The notes beneath the pieces are model-generated. The model did not search any database. It worked only from the letters and a program-made list of their open reading frames with translations, and was not told the DNA's origin. Made by a program: the position numbers and the translations under genes. From Leucoraja erinacea (Eukaryota), in assembly GCF_028641065.1 (NCBI RefSeq), contig NC_073407.1, positions 18,476,001-18,540,000 on the forward strand: 64,000 bases of DNA. The letters are read 5' to 3'. Shown here one piece after another: positions 52,594-64,000 of this stretch (position 1 is the first letter of the stretch; every line of letters starts with the position of its first letter).

Positions 52594-53020
52594 ATTTTTT
52601 TGGCCTTTGATTCGTTACTCCGCCAAAACCAGACGTTATCATGCCGAGATTTTTACCATTTCGCTAGCCATTTCACTTTTACATTTGCTCATCCACTCCT
52701 CATTAAATGTAGTAATTTTTCTGTCCATATTTTTAATAAAATCCTTCCCCCCTTCCCCCCACCTCCCCACTCACTCATTTTTTCGCCTCCTGCTGGCCAA
52801 TGACCATAACGGCTGTTGCTGTCCGCTCCAAAAACGCCAACATTTTTCCCATTTCGCTGGCGACCGACATTTCTCCCATTTCGCTAGCGATTTTACTTCC
52901 TCCACTACCCCCCCTGGCCCGACTGTCACGCTGGCCGAAGCCAAAGATCGCCTGCTCCCCCGCTGCTTTTTGCCATCCTCGCTGGCTTGCAGTGTCCGAA
53001 AATCCCGCTCGTCAACGGCC
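52544..53020 (+). mobile_element. Probable Helitron 5' fragment with (GT)n
   Basis: A|TCTATATACT start followed by a GT microsatellite; no 3' hairpin or CTAG seen. Confidence 0.45.
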
Positions 53021-53024
53021 TGTC

Positions 53025-53135
53025 AACCATTGGTCACCCATTCACACTAGTTCTATGTTATCACACATTTGTATCCAATCCCTACACATTAGGGGCAATT
53101 TTACAGAGGCCTATTAACCTGCAAGTCTTTGGTAT
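53025..53135 (-). mobile_element. SINE 3' fragment
   Basis: cactagttctatg...ggggcaatt..cagaggcc.attaacct as at 27432-27500. Confidence 0.75.
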
Positions 53136-53383
53136 GTACTAAAACTGTAAGAAAGCAACATGATAGGAATGAGGTTAAGATAGGCAATAAAAAATCATAC
53201 ATTACAGGAGCAGAATTAGGCCATTCTGTGCATCAAGTCATAAGTTCATAAGTGATAGGAGCAGAATTTGGCCATTTGGCCCATCAAATCTATTTTGCCA
53301 TTCAATCATGGCTGATCTATTTCACCTTGAACCTATATCCTCTGGTCCTTGATTTACCACCCTCTGGCTAAAGTCCTTCTGCA

Positions 53384-55290
53384 GAACACCTCAAGGGAGC
53401 ATAATAAGTCCTTTACTATTTTTAGTAATGATAAATGATGTATATGAAGAAATTGTAAATGAAATGGGAGTTTCACTGTTTGCGGATGATGGGGCAATCT
53501 GGAAAAGGGGGAAAAATGTGAAGTTTATTGTGCAGAAACTACAGAGGGCTATAATAAAGGTACAAGAGTGGTCATATAAATGGGGATTCAAATTTTCTGT
53601 GGAAAAGACAAATTGGTAGAGGTAAAACTAAAATTATATAACAGGAATTGGAGAGAGTAAAATACTATAAATTTTTAGGTTTATGGTTTGATGATAGGAT
53701 TACATCGATGGTTCATATTCAGAAAGTAGTGGACAAATGTAAGAAGATACTTAATGTAATGAGGTGTTTAGTTGGATGTGATTGGGGGGCAGATAGAACA
53801 GCTTTGAAGGCTATATACACTGGGTTAATTAGATCTGTGTTAGATTATGGTTGTGTGGTGTATGGGTCCGCATCAAGTACTTCTCTTAAGAAAATAGACA
53901 ACATTCAATATCGGGCATTGAGAATATGTACAGGTGCAATAAAAACAACTCCAACAGCAGCATTACAGGTTGAAATGGGGGAGATGCCTCTAGAGATGAG
54001 AAGGATACAGCTTTCATTGAATTACTGGATTAACCTACAGGGCCACAGTCAAGAACACCCAGCACAAGTTACTGTCAAACCATGCTGGGAAAAGGAGAGA
54101 AGGGAAACAAAACGTTTTGGATGGACAGTGACCCAGAGAGCTTTACAAATCAGCATAGCACAATTAAATGTGGTTCCAACGGTTCCATTACCTTCAATTC
54201 CACCTTGGATACTTCCAGATGCAACAGTAGACTTTACAATATTAGAACAGGAAAACAGGGATAAACAACATATGTATAATTCAGTCATCATACAGGAATA
54301 CATTGACAGATACTACAGTTTTGTCCAAATTTATACAGATGCATCAAAAGATTCAGTAGATAAAGTAGGAGTAGCATTTATTGTACCAGAATTTCACATC
54401 AAAGTAGGGAAGAGGATCAATAATGAAGTCTCAGTATACACAGGTGAAATGATTGCAATATTGTTAGCGGTACAGTGGGTCGAGGATATTAGGCCTTTAG
54501 GAACAGTTATGTGTTCAGATTCAAGTTTAGCAATAAAGAGTTTACAGCACAGCCATTCAGATAGTAGATCAGACATTTTGATTGAAATACAACAAACACT
54601 ATTCAGAATTCAAATGATGGGGCTTACAGTCATATTTTTATGGGTACCAGCACACATTGGCATTAGAGGAAACAAAATGGCAGATAAGATAGCAAAAGAG
54701 GTAACAAAAAGAAGTAAGATTGATTTAAGTATTAACATAGGTAAAACTGAAATCAAAGACATTATTAAGAAAAGGATGGCAAAAGCAGTGGGAGGAAGAG
54801 CGGAAAGGACGGTGGTTCTACAGAGTCCAGAGGAAAGTGGGAGAAATGAGATGTGCAGGAAAAAACAGAAAAGAGGAGACAGTAATTTTAAGAATTAGAT
54901 TTGGACATTCTGGTCTGAACAGTACACTTTTTATAATAGGCAAGCATAATACAGGCAGATGTGAATACTGTGGGCAAGAAGAGACAATAGAGCAAGTCAT
55001 TGTACATTGTGAGAGGTATGAGGAGGAGAGAGGACGGATGAGTGAGCAGTTCAGAAAAGAAAGAGTACAATTTGATTTGATAGATATTTTGCAAGGGAGT
55101 TCATATAAGTGCTATCAAATCCTGTTGCTTTTTCTTAGGGTAACCAATTTGTTCAGAAGGATAGCTTATTAGTATATGTAATGGTGTTGTTTGATCCACA
55201 CTCCATGCCAGTTGGTGGCGGTAATGCACCAAAAAAGTTGTTTGCCAACCGCCAAAAAACACTACATAGAAGAAGAAGAAGGAGAAGAAG
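53384..55290 (+). mobile_element. I/Nimb-clade LINE, 5'-truncated: RT C-terminus, RNase H, Zn knuckle, (GAA)n tail
   Basis: TPQGSIISPLLF, LFADD, IRSVLDYG; RNase H YTDAS..E..SDS..WVPAHIGIRGN.MAD; RFGH and CEYC..ET..VI.HC; three frameshifted ORFs. Confidence 0.92.
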
Positions 55291-55589
55291 GTGGTAAGAG
55301 CAGGTTTTGGGACGCTAGAACCAACTATTGAGGCTGCCTGAGGTGTCGTGGCCCTAACTCAACAAAACACCAATTAAGGGAGGTGCCCACGATAACTCCA
55401 ATGATGTACTTGCACATACAGGGTAACTTTTTTTTAAAGAAAATTAATATGTCGGTAACTGTTTTGTTTTTTTGTTTTGTTTTTTGCATATGGAGTCATT
55501 TATTGTAAGTTGGTGTATTTAGTTAATACTTTGGTTTTGGGCTTAGTTTTCTTAGTTGAGTGCTTAGCCTGGAGTTATAGCGCAAGGAA

Positions 55590-55740
55590 ACATAGAAAAT
55601 AGGTGCAGGAGGAGGCCATTTGGCCCTTTGAGCCAGCCACTGCCATTCATTGTGAGCATAGCTGATCATCCATAATCAGTAACCTGTGCCTGCCTTCTCC
55701 CCATACCCCTTGATTCTGCTAGCCCCAAGAACTCTATCTA
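55590..55740 (-). mobile_element. CR1 3' end, left half (continues at 60042-60130), split by the DIRS element
   Basis: Joined halves align to the CR1 at 5390-5570. Confidence 0.9.
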
Positions 55741-56899
55741 ATTTTACTTCGGAGTCACGTGAGTGACTACGTGAAGAAGCCCGCGTACGACGCATGCGTG
55801 TCATATCGCTACACGCATTCGAACTCGTCATCGCTGGAGGAAGGACGTTCCTCCAAATCGGCAGGACTTGAACCTGCAACAGGTAAGGGAACTTCGTTTT
55901 CTTTACTTACCCTTTTTTTATCTAGAAGGCTGATGAAGCTGGCTGGGGAGAGTCTGCAGAATTGCAGGCAGCCAGCACCGGCCGGGGGCCGTTAATTTCT
56001 TTTGAACAGGAACGGACCCGACTTTAGAGCCAGGACAACGGTCGCTGGAGCAGTTTCCTGACAACTCCGTAACAGCCCCACTAGTCGGTGAGTGCATGAC
56101 TAATTTATGGGTCTGAGGGGCTGGAAGGTGCGGAACTGACGGGGGTTCCGCAGGTCTAAAAATAGCGGGGAGCGGTCAGTGCCCGAAAGCACTGAGTACG
56201 CGTTGGGACCGCTGGAACGCGCTGGAATAGAGGGGGGGGGGGGGGAAACAGGCAACAGACTGAATTCCCGTTATGGGAATAGCTGTGCCAAACTTACCCC
56301 ACCCCCCGAATTTCTCCAGTTTTTTGTTTTTTACTACACCTGTCCACAGCTGGGATATATAGGACCAGCAGCTGGCTGGGGAGAGTCTGCAGATTGCAGG
56401 CAGCCAGCAGAGGCTGGGGGCCGTTAATTTGTTTTAAAGCAGGCTCCGGGATATGGAGGATAGCCACAGTGGGCAAAAAATATAAGTCCCACAGCAGTTT
56501 CCCATAAGGGCTGCATGAAATGTCAGACGCCTCTGAGGAGGGTATTGAAGATCTGACTGGGCCAGGATGGCTGCCAGTGTTAATAAAGACATCACTGCGA
56601 AAGTGATGTGGCGAAACAGCCTCCGGGATAATACTTACCGATACCGGAGTGAGGATGAGCAGCTGCAAGATATAGCGCAGCCAGCAGCGGCCACTTTTGT
56701 GGAGCTGGGGAACCGGTATGAGTGGCTGCAGCAGGTTCGGCCGTCAGTGACATGGTGAATATTTGGCCCGGGACGACCACTGTGGGAGATGCGAAAGCTT
56801 CTACTTCAGCATCTACCCAAACCTCAACCTCAAGGCCCTCCACAACCACGAGTGAAACCAAGAAAATAACTCAGTTACCACCGATAACCATGGAGGTAG

Positions 56900-57560
56900 G
56901 TGAATCTGGGGCTCCAGAATTAATAGGGAGCACGGAAGTTGGAGGGACATTGCAACTTCATTTGGAAGCATGGTGTAATATAACTATGGACAGATATATT
57001 CTTAGAAGTATTAAGGGATATCTGATAGAGTTTCTACACAAACAAAATCTTCCAGTACAATATACACTGGACAGAATATACATGCTTACTAAATGGGAAC
57101 AAGCTAAAGCCCACATAGAACTACAAAGATTATTCACTAAAGGGGTAATTGAACAAACCAAACCTGAACAACAGGAATTTGTCTCAAACATATTTATTAG
57201 AAATAAGAAAGATGGGGGTCGCCGTATTATTATTGATTTATCAACACTTCACAATGTTGTGCAATATGTTCATTTTAAAATGGATATTTTTAGCACTGCT
57301 AAAGAGTTAGTTTCAGCAGGCTACTTTATGGCAAGTATTGATCTTAAAGATGCTTACTATACAATACCCATCAGAGGTAAAATTCTTAAACCAGCTTTGG
57401 CATTGCTGCAACAACAAAATCATAGAGTAATGACATAGTTGGATGAATACTTATTGTCGGTATAATTTATGAATTGGCATGTCAGGCAGTGGTTGCCACA
57501 AAACAATTGTTTGAACAGCTGGGATTCATTATCCATCCAATTAAGTCAAAATTGACACTA
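56900..57560 (+). pseudogene. DIRS reverse transcriptase, internally deleted
   Basis: KGVIE...FVSNIF...KKDGG.R.IIDL..L...HFKMD...SIDLKDAYY.IPI in ORF 56722-57438; YxDD region corrupted. Confidence 0.92.
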
Positions 57561-57715
57561 TTAACACATTTAATATGTTAATGACTTTACTAATAGGAAA
57601 AGCCACAGAGTTACAAAAGGATTAGAGCACTCAAAGTTAATTGAGGCCATTTTTTTTTGATGGCCAATGGAGCTAACAATTTAAGACATAAAAGAATTAC
57701 AATGGTGGGAACACA

Positions 57716-58130
57716 ATGTTAAGTATGGCTCCAAACCAAATAGTTATTGACAACCCGTCTGTGCTATTACAAACAGATGCCAGTGCAATTGGTTGGGGTA
57801 CAACTGATACCATCTCGAGCTCTGGGGGGAGATGGAATATACAAGAAGCTAACCTACTTAACACTAAGGGTATAAAGTACTTAGAAATGTTAAGTGCATT
57901 TTATGGGTTAAAATCTTATTGCTCAGGAATGAAATAGCAGCATGTTAGATTGCAGATAGATAATACCTCGGTGGTGGCATATATAAGTCATATGGGTGGA
58001 AATATATCAACATCTTGTGATGAATTGGCAAACTCAATTTGGCAATGGTGTGTCCAAAGGACTATTTGGTTATGGGCTACGTATCTACCAGGGATACTAA
58101 TTTAGTGGCAGACACCAGGTCACAAAAATT
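57716..58130 (+). pseudogene. DIRS RNase H
   Basis: LLQTDASAIGWG, I.YLEM, following frame LQIDNTSVVAYI..MGG, and N.VAD..S; has stops and frameshifts. Confidence 0.88.
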
Positions 58131-58520
58131 TATTGAAAGTACTGAATGGATGTTGGATAGAACGGTATTTGCTGAAATCACAGTAAAGTATGGAAGGCCG
58201 GGTATTAGATTTGCATCCAGGTTTAAATCACCAGTTACCGAGGTATGTATCATTGGAACCAGATCCTGGGGCAGAAGCTACAGATGCATTTTCACTGCAC
58301 TGGGGGAAATGGTTCATTTATGCATTTCCTCCTTTTTTCTGCCTAATCAATCGGGTACTAAGGGAATTCAACAGGAATCAGCATCTGGGATTTTCTTAGT
58401 ACCTGATTGGCTTACCCAACCATGGGTTTTCCGTGGTACAGGACATGGTGCTGGAACCATGTATAACTTTAAGACATAGTCCTAAGTTACTGGTGCATCC
58501 AGTAACTCAGGATAGCTATC
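58131..58520 (+). pseudogene. DIRS DNA N6-adenine methyltransferase-like domain
   Basis: EWMLD..VF, FAS, NHQLPRYVS..PDP.A.A.DAFSL.W....YAFPPF and LVPDW..QPW across frameshifts. Confidence 0.8.
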
Positions 58521-58559
58521 CATGCCATAGAAAATATTGAATTATTGGGTTCTAGACTC

Positions 58560-59532
58560 TGAAAAGACTCGCTACGGTACATGGGGCTATCAAAAAGAAC
58601 TGTGGACATGATCACAGCAGCACAAAGAAGGTCTACACAAATACAGTATTTAGGTCATATTAAAAAATGGACTAATTACTGCCATAATAACTATCTGGAC
58701 CACAGAAATAAGGATGTTCCGGCGGTGCTAGAGTTTTCTCACCAGCCTGCACTATGAAGGACTTAGTTACAGCACTGTGAATAGTGCCAGAAGTGCATTG
58801 TCAAGTTATTGGTGGCAAGGAACAGAAAGACAGTCTGTGGGATCACATCCTCTGGTAGTTAAACTTTTAAGAGGCAATTTTAACACCAAGCCACCCAAAA
58901 CAATATATAACAAATCTGGGAGGTAAGTGTGGTCCTGACTATGCTAAGGAATTGGTCGCCGGGCTACAGCATTAAATCTGGATAAACTAACTAAGAAATG
59001 GTAATGCTGATGGCGATAGTCACAGCATAAGGGTCCAGTTATTGCAAAAAAGTAAGACTGGATGGCTTCACTATGGCGGCAGGAAGTTTGGTTTTTGTGA
59101 TCCAGGACCGTGTTATTAAACATAATAGACCAGGATCAGCGGGGCAGGTCATAGAATTTATGGCCTACCCGGAGGACAAACGCCTCTGTATAGTGAAGCA
59201 CGTTTTGTTATACAGTGAAAGGACAAAGGCTATCAGAGGCAAGGAAATGGCGTTTAATCAGCTATAAGAAACCGTACCGTAGAGTGTAAATTCAGACCAT
59301 TTCGCGGTGGCTGAAATATGGGTTAAGATAGGCGGGAGTGGACACTAACATATTTAAATCTCACTCCACCAGGGCTGCAGCTACATCCGCAGCAAAACGC
59401 CTTGATGTATCCATGGACCAAATCCTCAGGATTGCAGGATGGTTGTCGGAGAAAACGTTTTTTCAGAAATGTTATAACAAACCAGTTAGCAGTATGGGAA
59501 CGTTTTCGGGGAACATTTTAAGTTCTGTATGA
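58560..59532 (+). pseudogene. DIRS tyrosine recombinase
   Basis: GLSKRTV.MI..A.R.ST..QY N-terminus; KH.RPG; LC.V; HSTRAAATS...I...AGW...F...Y. Confidence 0.9.
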
Positions 59533-61681
59533 TAATTTATCCATGAAGAATACGGGGTTATGATTTGAATTAATTAGATATTATTTATCATTTCCATTAA
59601 ATAATTGGTATGAATGTTTTGAATATCATTAACAATTTCTCCCAAACTACCAAGGCAGTTGTGAAGCATGGACTCGTTCCACGGCATGAGGTCACAGAGC
59701 TTTGAAATCTTCACGTAGTCACTCACGTGACTCCGAAGTAAAATAGTAAGATTAAACGAGAACTTACCAGTTTGAAGTTTGATCTGTATTTTATGAGGAG
59801 GAACGTTGAGGGAATACGTGCCCTCCGCTCCCACCCTTGTATGGTCCTATCTTAAACTGGTATCTCTTTAATAATCTTACTATTTTAGATCATTATAGTG
59901 TATCTGTGACCTCACACCGCTGCTTTGAAGGATGACACGCATGCGTCGTACGCGGGCTTCTTCACGTATTCCCTCAACGTTCCTCCTCATAAAATACAGA
60001 TCAAACTTCAAACTGGTAAGTTCTCGTTTAATCTTACTATTCTCTTTTAAATTCATCCAGTGAATTGGCCTCCACTGCCTTCTGTGGCAGAGAATTCCAC
60101 AAATTCACAACTCTCTGGGTGGAAAAAGTTGTTTGTGTTTTTATTGTAACTTGTCAAAGATTCTGAGGTAGATGCATTACAGCTGACTCTTTTCAGGATT
60201 AGAGAGGGTCTGTGCATGCTGTGAACTGGAAGCTCCCACCTCTTTCTAGTGCCTTTTTCATGGGGTATTACTGCCAGACAGGGAGGAGGAATGTACAATA
60301 CACTGCTACTGCTGTCATAATGAAAAACTTTGTTTTCATCTCAGTGAATCACATTAAATTGTTTTTCAGCATATGCTTTGTATGTAGGAATTTAATACTG
60401 TGGTAGAATTGTAGGCGTTCTGTACAGTTCATGAAGCTTTTAAGTGTCCCATCCAATTTCCTGTCTTGCATTTCTACTGACTACAGTTCCTTTCTGTGTC
60501 TCAGGCAAGAATGGAGAAGGGCGTGTTTTATGCATCTTTTCTCACAAATATGGTAAGACAGGTATGAAAATGCACAGAACACGGAGTAATAGCTATGTTG
60601 AAGTGCATGATTATGTGTATTGATAGAGAACTTAAAAAGAGTGTGTGCCAGGACAGTTACATCATGTCACATGTTTGATACATACTATTGTTTAGGTAAA
60701 TATAATAAAATTATTAAACTTGTTTATTGCCATTACTGCTTTAATAGTTATATTTTCTTATTGCCATTACTGTTTTAAACAGTGTTAACACTTTCCGTTA
60801 AATAGAGGGATCTGGGCCAAGCATAGCAGGTGGGACTAGTGTAGATGGGACATATTGGTCATAGACAGGTTGGACTGAAGAGCCTGTTTCCAAGCTCTGT
60901 AACTATATGTAGCTTCTACTGGTTAATTTAACCCCCAAAAAATGAAAGTCAAATGATAATATTGCAGCATTCACAGCACAAAACTGTGCCCTCATTTACG
61001 GATCATTGTGTTCCCAAAATACATGGGTACTTTAAGCTTCAACAGGCTTTTACTGCTTGGAAAGTGTGAAATCCTGCCCCATAATGAACAAACTAAAGCT
61101 TTACTGATTTGTGAATATGCCATATTACTGATTTACAAAAAAAGTTGATCCATGACATAATCCAGTATCATTATGTATGAATTTGATTGCTTGCATAATC
61201 CTGTGCTTTGCAGTGGTTAGGAGATTTCAATTTTAGGAAGAAGATTGTAGTTGATGTAAGGGAAAATAGAGGTCATTAAGTTAATTTATGGGGCTTTGAT
61301 ATCATGTTTAATAAAGCTAAGTTTCATAATTGCTGAAAACGGTGAGTTTTAACTTTGTTTATGCATATTCATAATTATTTTTTTAAAATGCCATTGGAAG
61401 GTGGGATTTTTATTTTGTCACTCCTAACCTAGCACTCTTCATGACTCTATCTATAATTTTGTTATTTAGTACATATTCGGGTAGTACCTTGAAACTTTCC
61501 TGAGCTGTTAACTCCCTTCATCCATTGTTTATTCAGGAATCCCTGTGCCAAACCAGATTTTTTTTGTGCAGATTTTTGAGAGTAAGCTAACTCAAGTCCT
61601 TTAATAAATTAGATGTTTTTATCTTTGGTGAACTTGCATCCATGCAGTTTCATACCATGCCTTCTGAGATTTGTTTTGTGA

Positions 61682-62143
61682 AGGCCCAGACCATCACGAA
61701 AACCAAACTACCTTCCATTGATTCTAGCCTCATTTCATGTTCCCTCAGCAAGGCCGCCAGCATAATCAAGATTGAGTCTCACCCTGGACACACTCTCTCT
61801 TCTCCCTTCTCCCATCAGGCAAGAGGGACAGAAGTATGAAAACGAATACTTCCAGATTTGGGGACAGTTTTGCCCAGCTGTTATCAGGCAACGGAACCAT
61901 CCTATTACCAAATGGAGAACAATCCTGAGCTGCCATTTATTTCATTGGAGACCCTTGGATTACCTTTTATTGGACTTTACTGGACTTTATTTTGCACTAA
62001 ATGTTATTCCCTTATCCTGTATCCTGCATTTGGATGGCTTGATTGTAATCACATATCGGCCTTTCTGCTGACTGGATAACATGCAACAAAGCTTCTCCCA
62101 GTATTTTGGTACACATAACCATAAACTAAACTAACTAAAACTA
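61682..62143 (+). mobile_element. Old Rex1 3' fragment with (AAACT)n tail
   Basis: AQTIT.T.LPSID...KAASIIK..SHPGH in ORF 61642-61839. Confidence 0.8.
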
Positions 62144-62612
62144 ATGATATAATTGTAATGCTCAATTAAGTTATCCATTTTTTGTAATGATTATTAGACT
62201 GATATGCCTTTTTTAAACAAAAGAGAAAGACAGTGAGTACTTCATTTGATCCTTGTGTAATATAGCTCAGTTGTTGTGCAGAGCTGCAGATAATGGATTA
62301 CTTGTCTGACCCTGGAAAGGGATATTTTCACTACTTTCATTCTCCCTCTAGTGGATGATTCGGAGGAAGCTATGAAATAATATCTGCAAGTTGGAAATCT
62401 ACAAGGTAATTGAGAAACCTATTAGATTACAAAAAATACCATAAATATTTAATAAATACTTGGGACAGTTTCATTGGGAAAATGTAGTGGCAGGAGAATA
62501 CCCTGAGGTGTTTGAGAATGATGAATTTTAGTAAATGCAATCCTCAGTGGAAAATCTTTGCACACCATTTGTATAGAAACAAATTATTAAAAGCTAGGAG
62601 TGGCAATTTGCA

Positions 62613-63862
62613 TACCGTCTGATGATGCGGTCTCCCAGGTTCTGCACACCACTCTCTCTCATCTTGCCAGCCAGAAGGGGGGCTATGTGAGGATGCTGTT
62701 CATGGACTTCAGCTCAGCCTTCAACACGATAGTCCCCATCAGACTTGCCGAGAAGCTGCTGGAATTGGGGCTCAACACCCCCTGTGTGCCTGGGCCCTGG
62801 ACTTTCTCACCGCCAGGCCCCAGGTAGTCAAGATGGGAGGAAATGCATTGAAGTCCCTCACCCTGAGCACAGGATCCCCCCCAGGGTTGTGTCCTCAGCC
62901 CCCTACTGTACTTCCTGTACACACATGACTGTGTGGCTAGGTTCAGCTCCAACTCTATAATCAAGTTTCCTGATGACACTGTGGTGCTGGGCTCGATCTC
63001 CGATAACGAAGAGAAGGCCTACTGGGAGGAGGTGGCTGATCTGGCACTATGGTGTCAGGACATCAGTCTCCTCTTGAATATCAAAAAAACAAGGAGCTGA
63101 TCGTGGACTTTAGGAAGGCACATCATCTGTGGCCGTACACACCATTGAAGATAAATGGGGATCCTGTGGATAGGGTGAGCTGCTTTAAATACCTGGGAGT
63201 CCACATTTCCGAGGATCTGACATGGACATCACACGCTGCAGCACTGGTGAGTAAGGCAAGGCAGCGCCTTTACCACCTCAGTCAATTGAGGAAATTCGGA
63301 GTGCCTCTGAGGCTCCAGTGCTCTACTCAGCGGCTGTAGAAAGCATCTTGTCCAGAAACATCACGATTTGGTTTGGGAACTGCTCTGCCCAGGACAAGAA
63401 GGCTCTGCAGAGAGTAGTGCGTTTGGCCGAACGCACTATGGGAACTACACTCGCCTCCCTGCAGGAACTATACATCAGAAGGTGCAACCCCAGAGCCAAC
63501 AAGATCATGGGAGACCCCTTCCACCCCAGCAACGGACTGCTCCAGCTGCTACGGTCAGGCAAACTCCTCCGTTGCCATGCTATGAAAATGGAGAGGATGA
63601 GAAGGAGTTTCTTCCCAGAGGCCATTAGGACTGTAAACTCCTGTCTCACCAGGGACTAGCTTTACTGTACCATTTTAGTGTTGTATGGTGTCTTTTTAAA
63701 ATTGCTGTTTTTTTTTCCCCCCACAAATATGTAGTATGTGAATATGAGTTTCTGTTCCATTCTGTTTTGTAGTTTGTATTTTTGCACAATCCGCAAGCAT
63801 TGCCACTTTTCATTTCACTGCACATCTCGTATGTGTATGTGATGAATAAACTTGACTTGACT
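62613..63862 (+). mobile_element. Rex1/Babar LINE, different subfamily, frameshifted, (CTTGA)n tail
   Basis: [38 protein letters not shown] and WFGNC...KALQRVVR in ORFs 62600-63659. Confidence 0.93.
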
Positions 63863-64000
63863 ATGCATTGTGATTACAATGATGGAGATCAAGAACCATA
63901 CTTTCAACTAATGTGACATGAGAGAGCAACTTTGCTCCCCAACAGCAAATATATTGTGTAAAAATAATGTGGCACATAAAAGATTTCAAATCCTGACAAG

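Larger units (their letters stand above)
55741..60041 (+). mobile_element. DIRS1-like tyrosine-recombinase retrotransposon with both termini and the internal complementary region (ICR)
   Basis: ICR 59708-59744 is the reverse complement of 55741-55777; ICR 59742-59820 is the reverse complement of 59963-60041; inverted repeat 55768-55804 vs 59932-59968; RT, RNase H, methyltransferase-like and recombinase remnants in order. Confidence 0.97.

Overview
Repeat-rich, AT-rich vertebrate genomic DNA with no recognisable host protein-coding exon. The repeat repertoire (HE1/V-SINE-like SINEs, CR1, Rex1/Babar, Neptune-type Penelope-like elements) suggests a cartilaginous fish such as a skate or ray; this is inference. 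Every long ORF I can identify belongs to a transposable element. Main contents: a complete-ended DIRS1-like tyrosine-recombinase retrotransposon (55741-60041) inserted at an ATT in a CR1 tail, with perfect termini but decayed ORFs; a second DIRS 5' fragment with a repeat-expanded gag; an I/Nimb-clade LINE with RNase H; several Rex1 and CR1 copies; non-autonomous Helitrons; two unclassified TIR elements; and many Penelope-like pieces. The most striking pattern is a set of very short (about 80-220 bp) Penelope-derived insertions, most flanked by target-site duplications (TSDs), whose 5' ends fall in or fold back at a minimal hammerhead-ribozyme-like core (CUGAAGA-stem-GAAACGUH). There is one 420-N assembly gap. 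All calls were made by eye and boundaries of old repeats are approximate.
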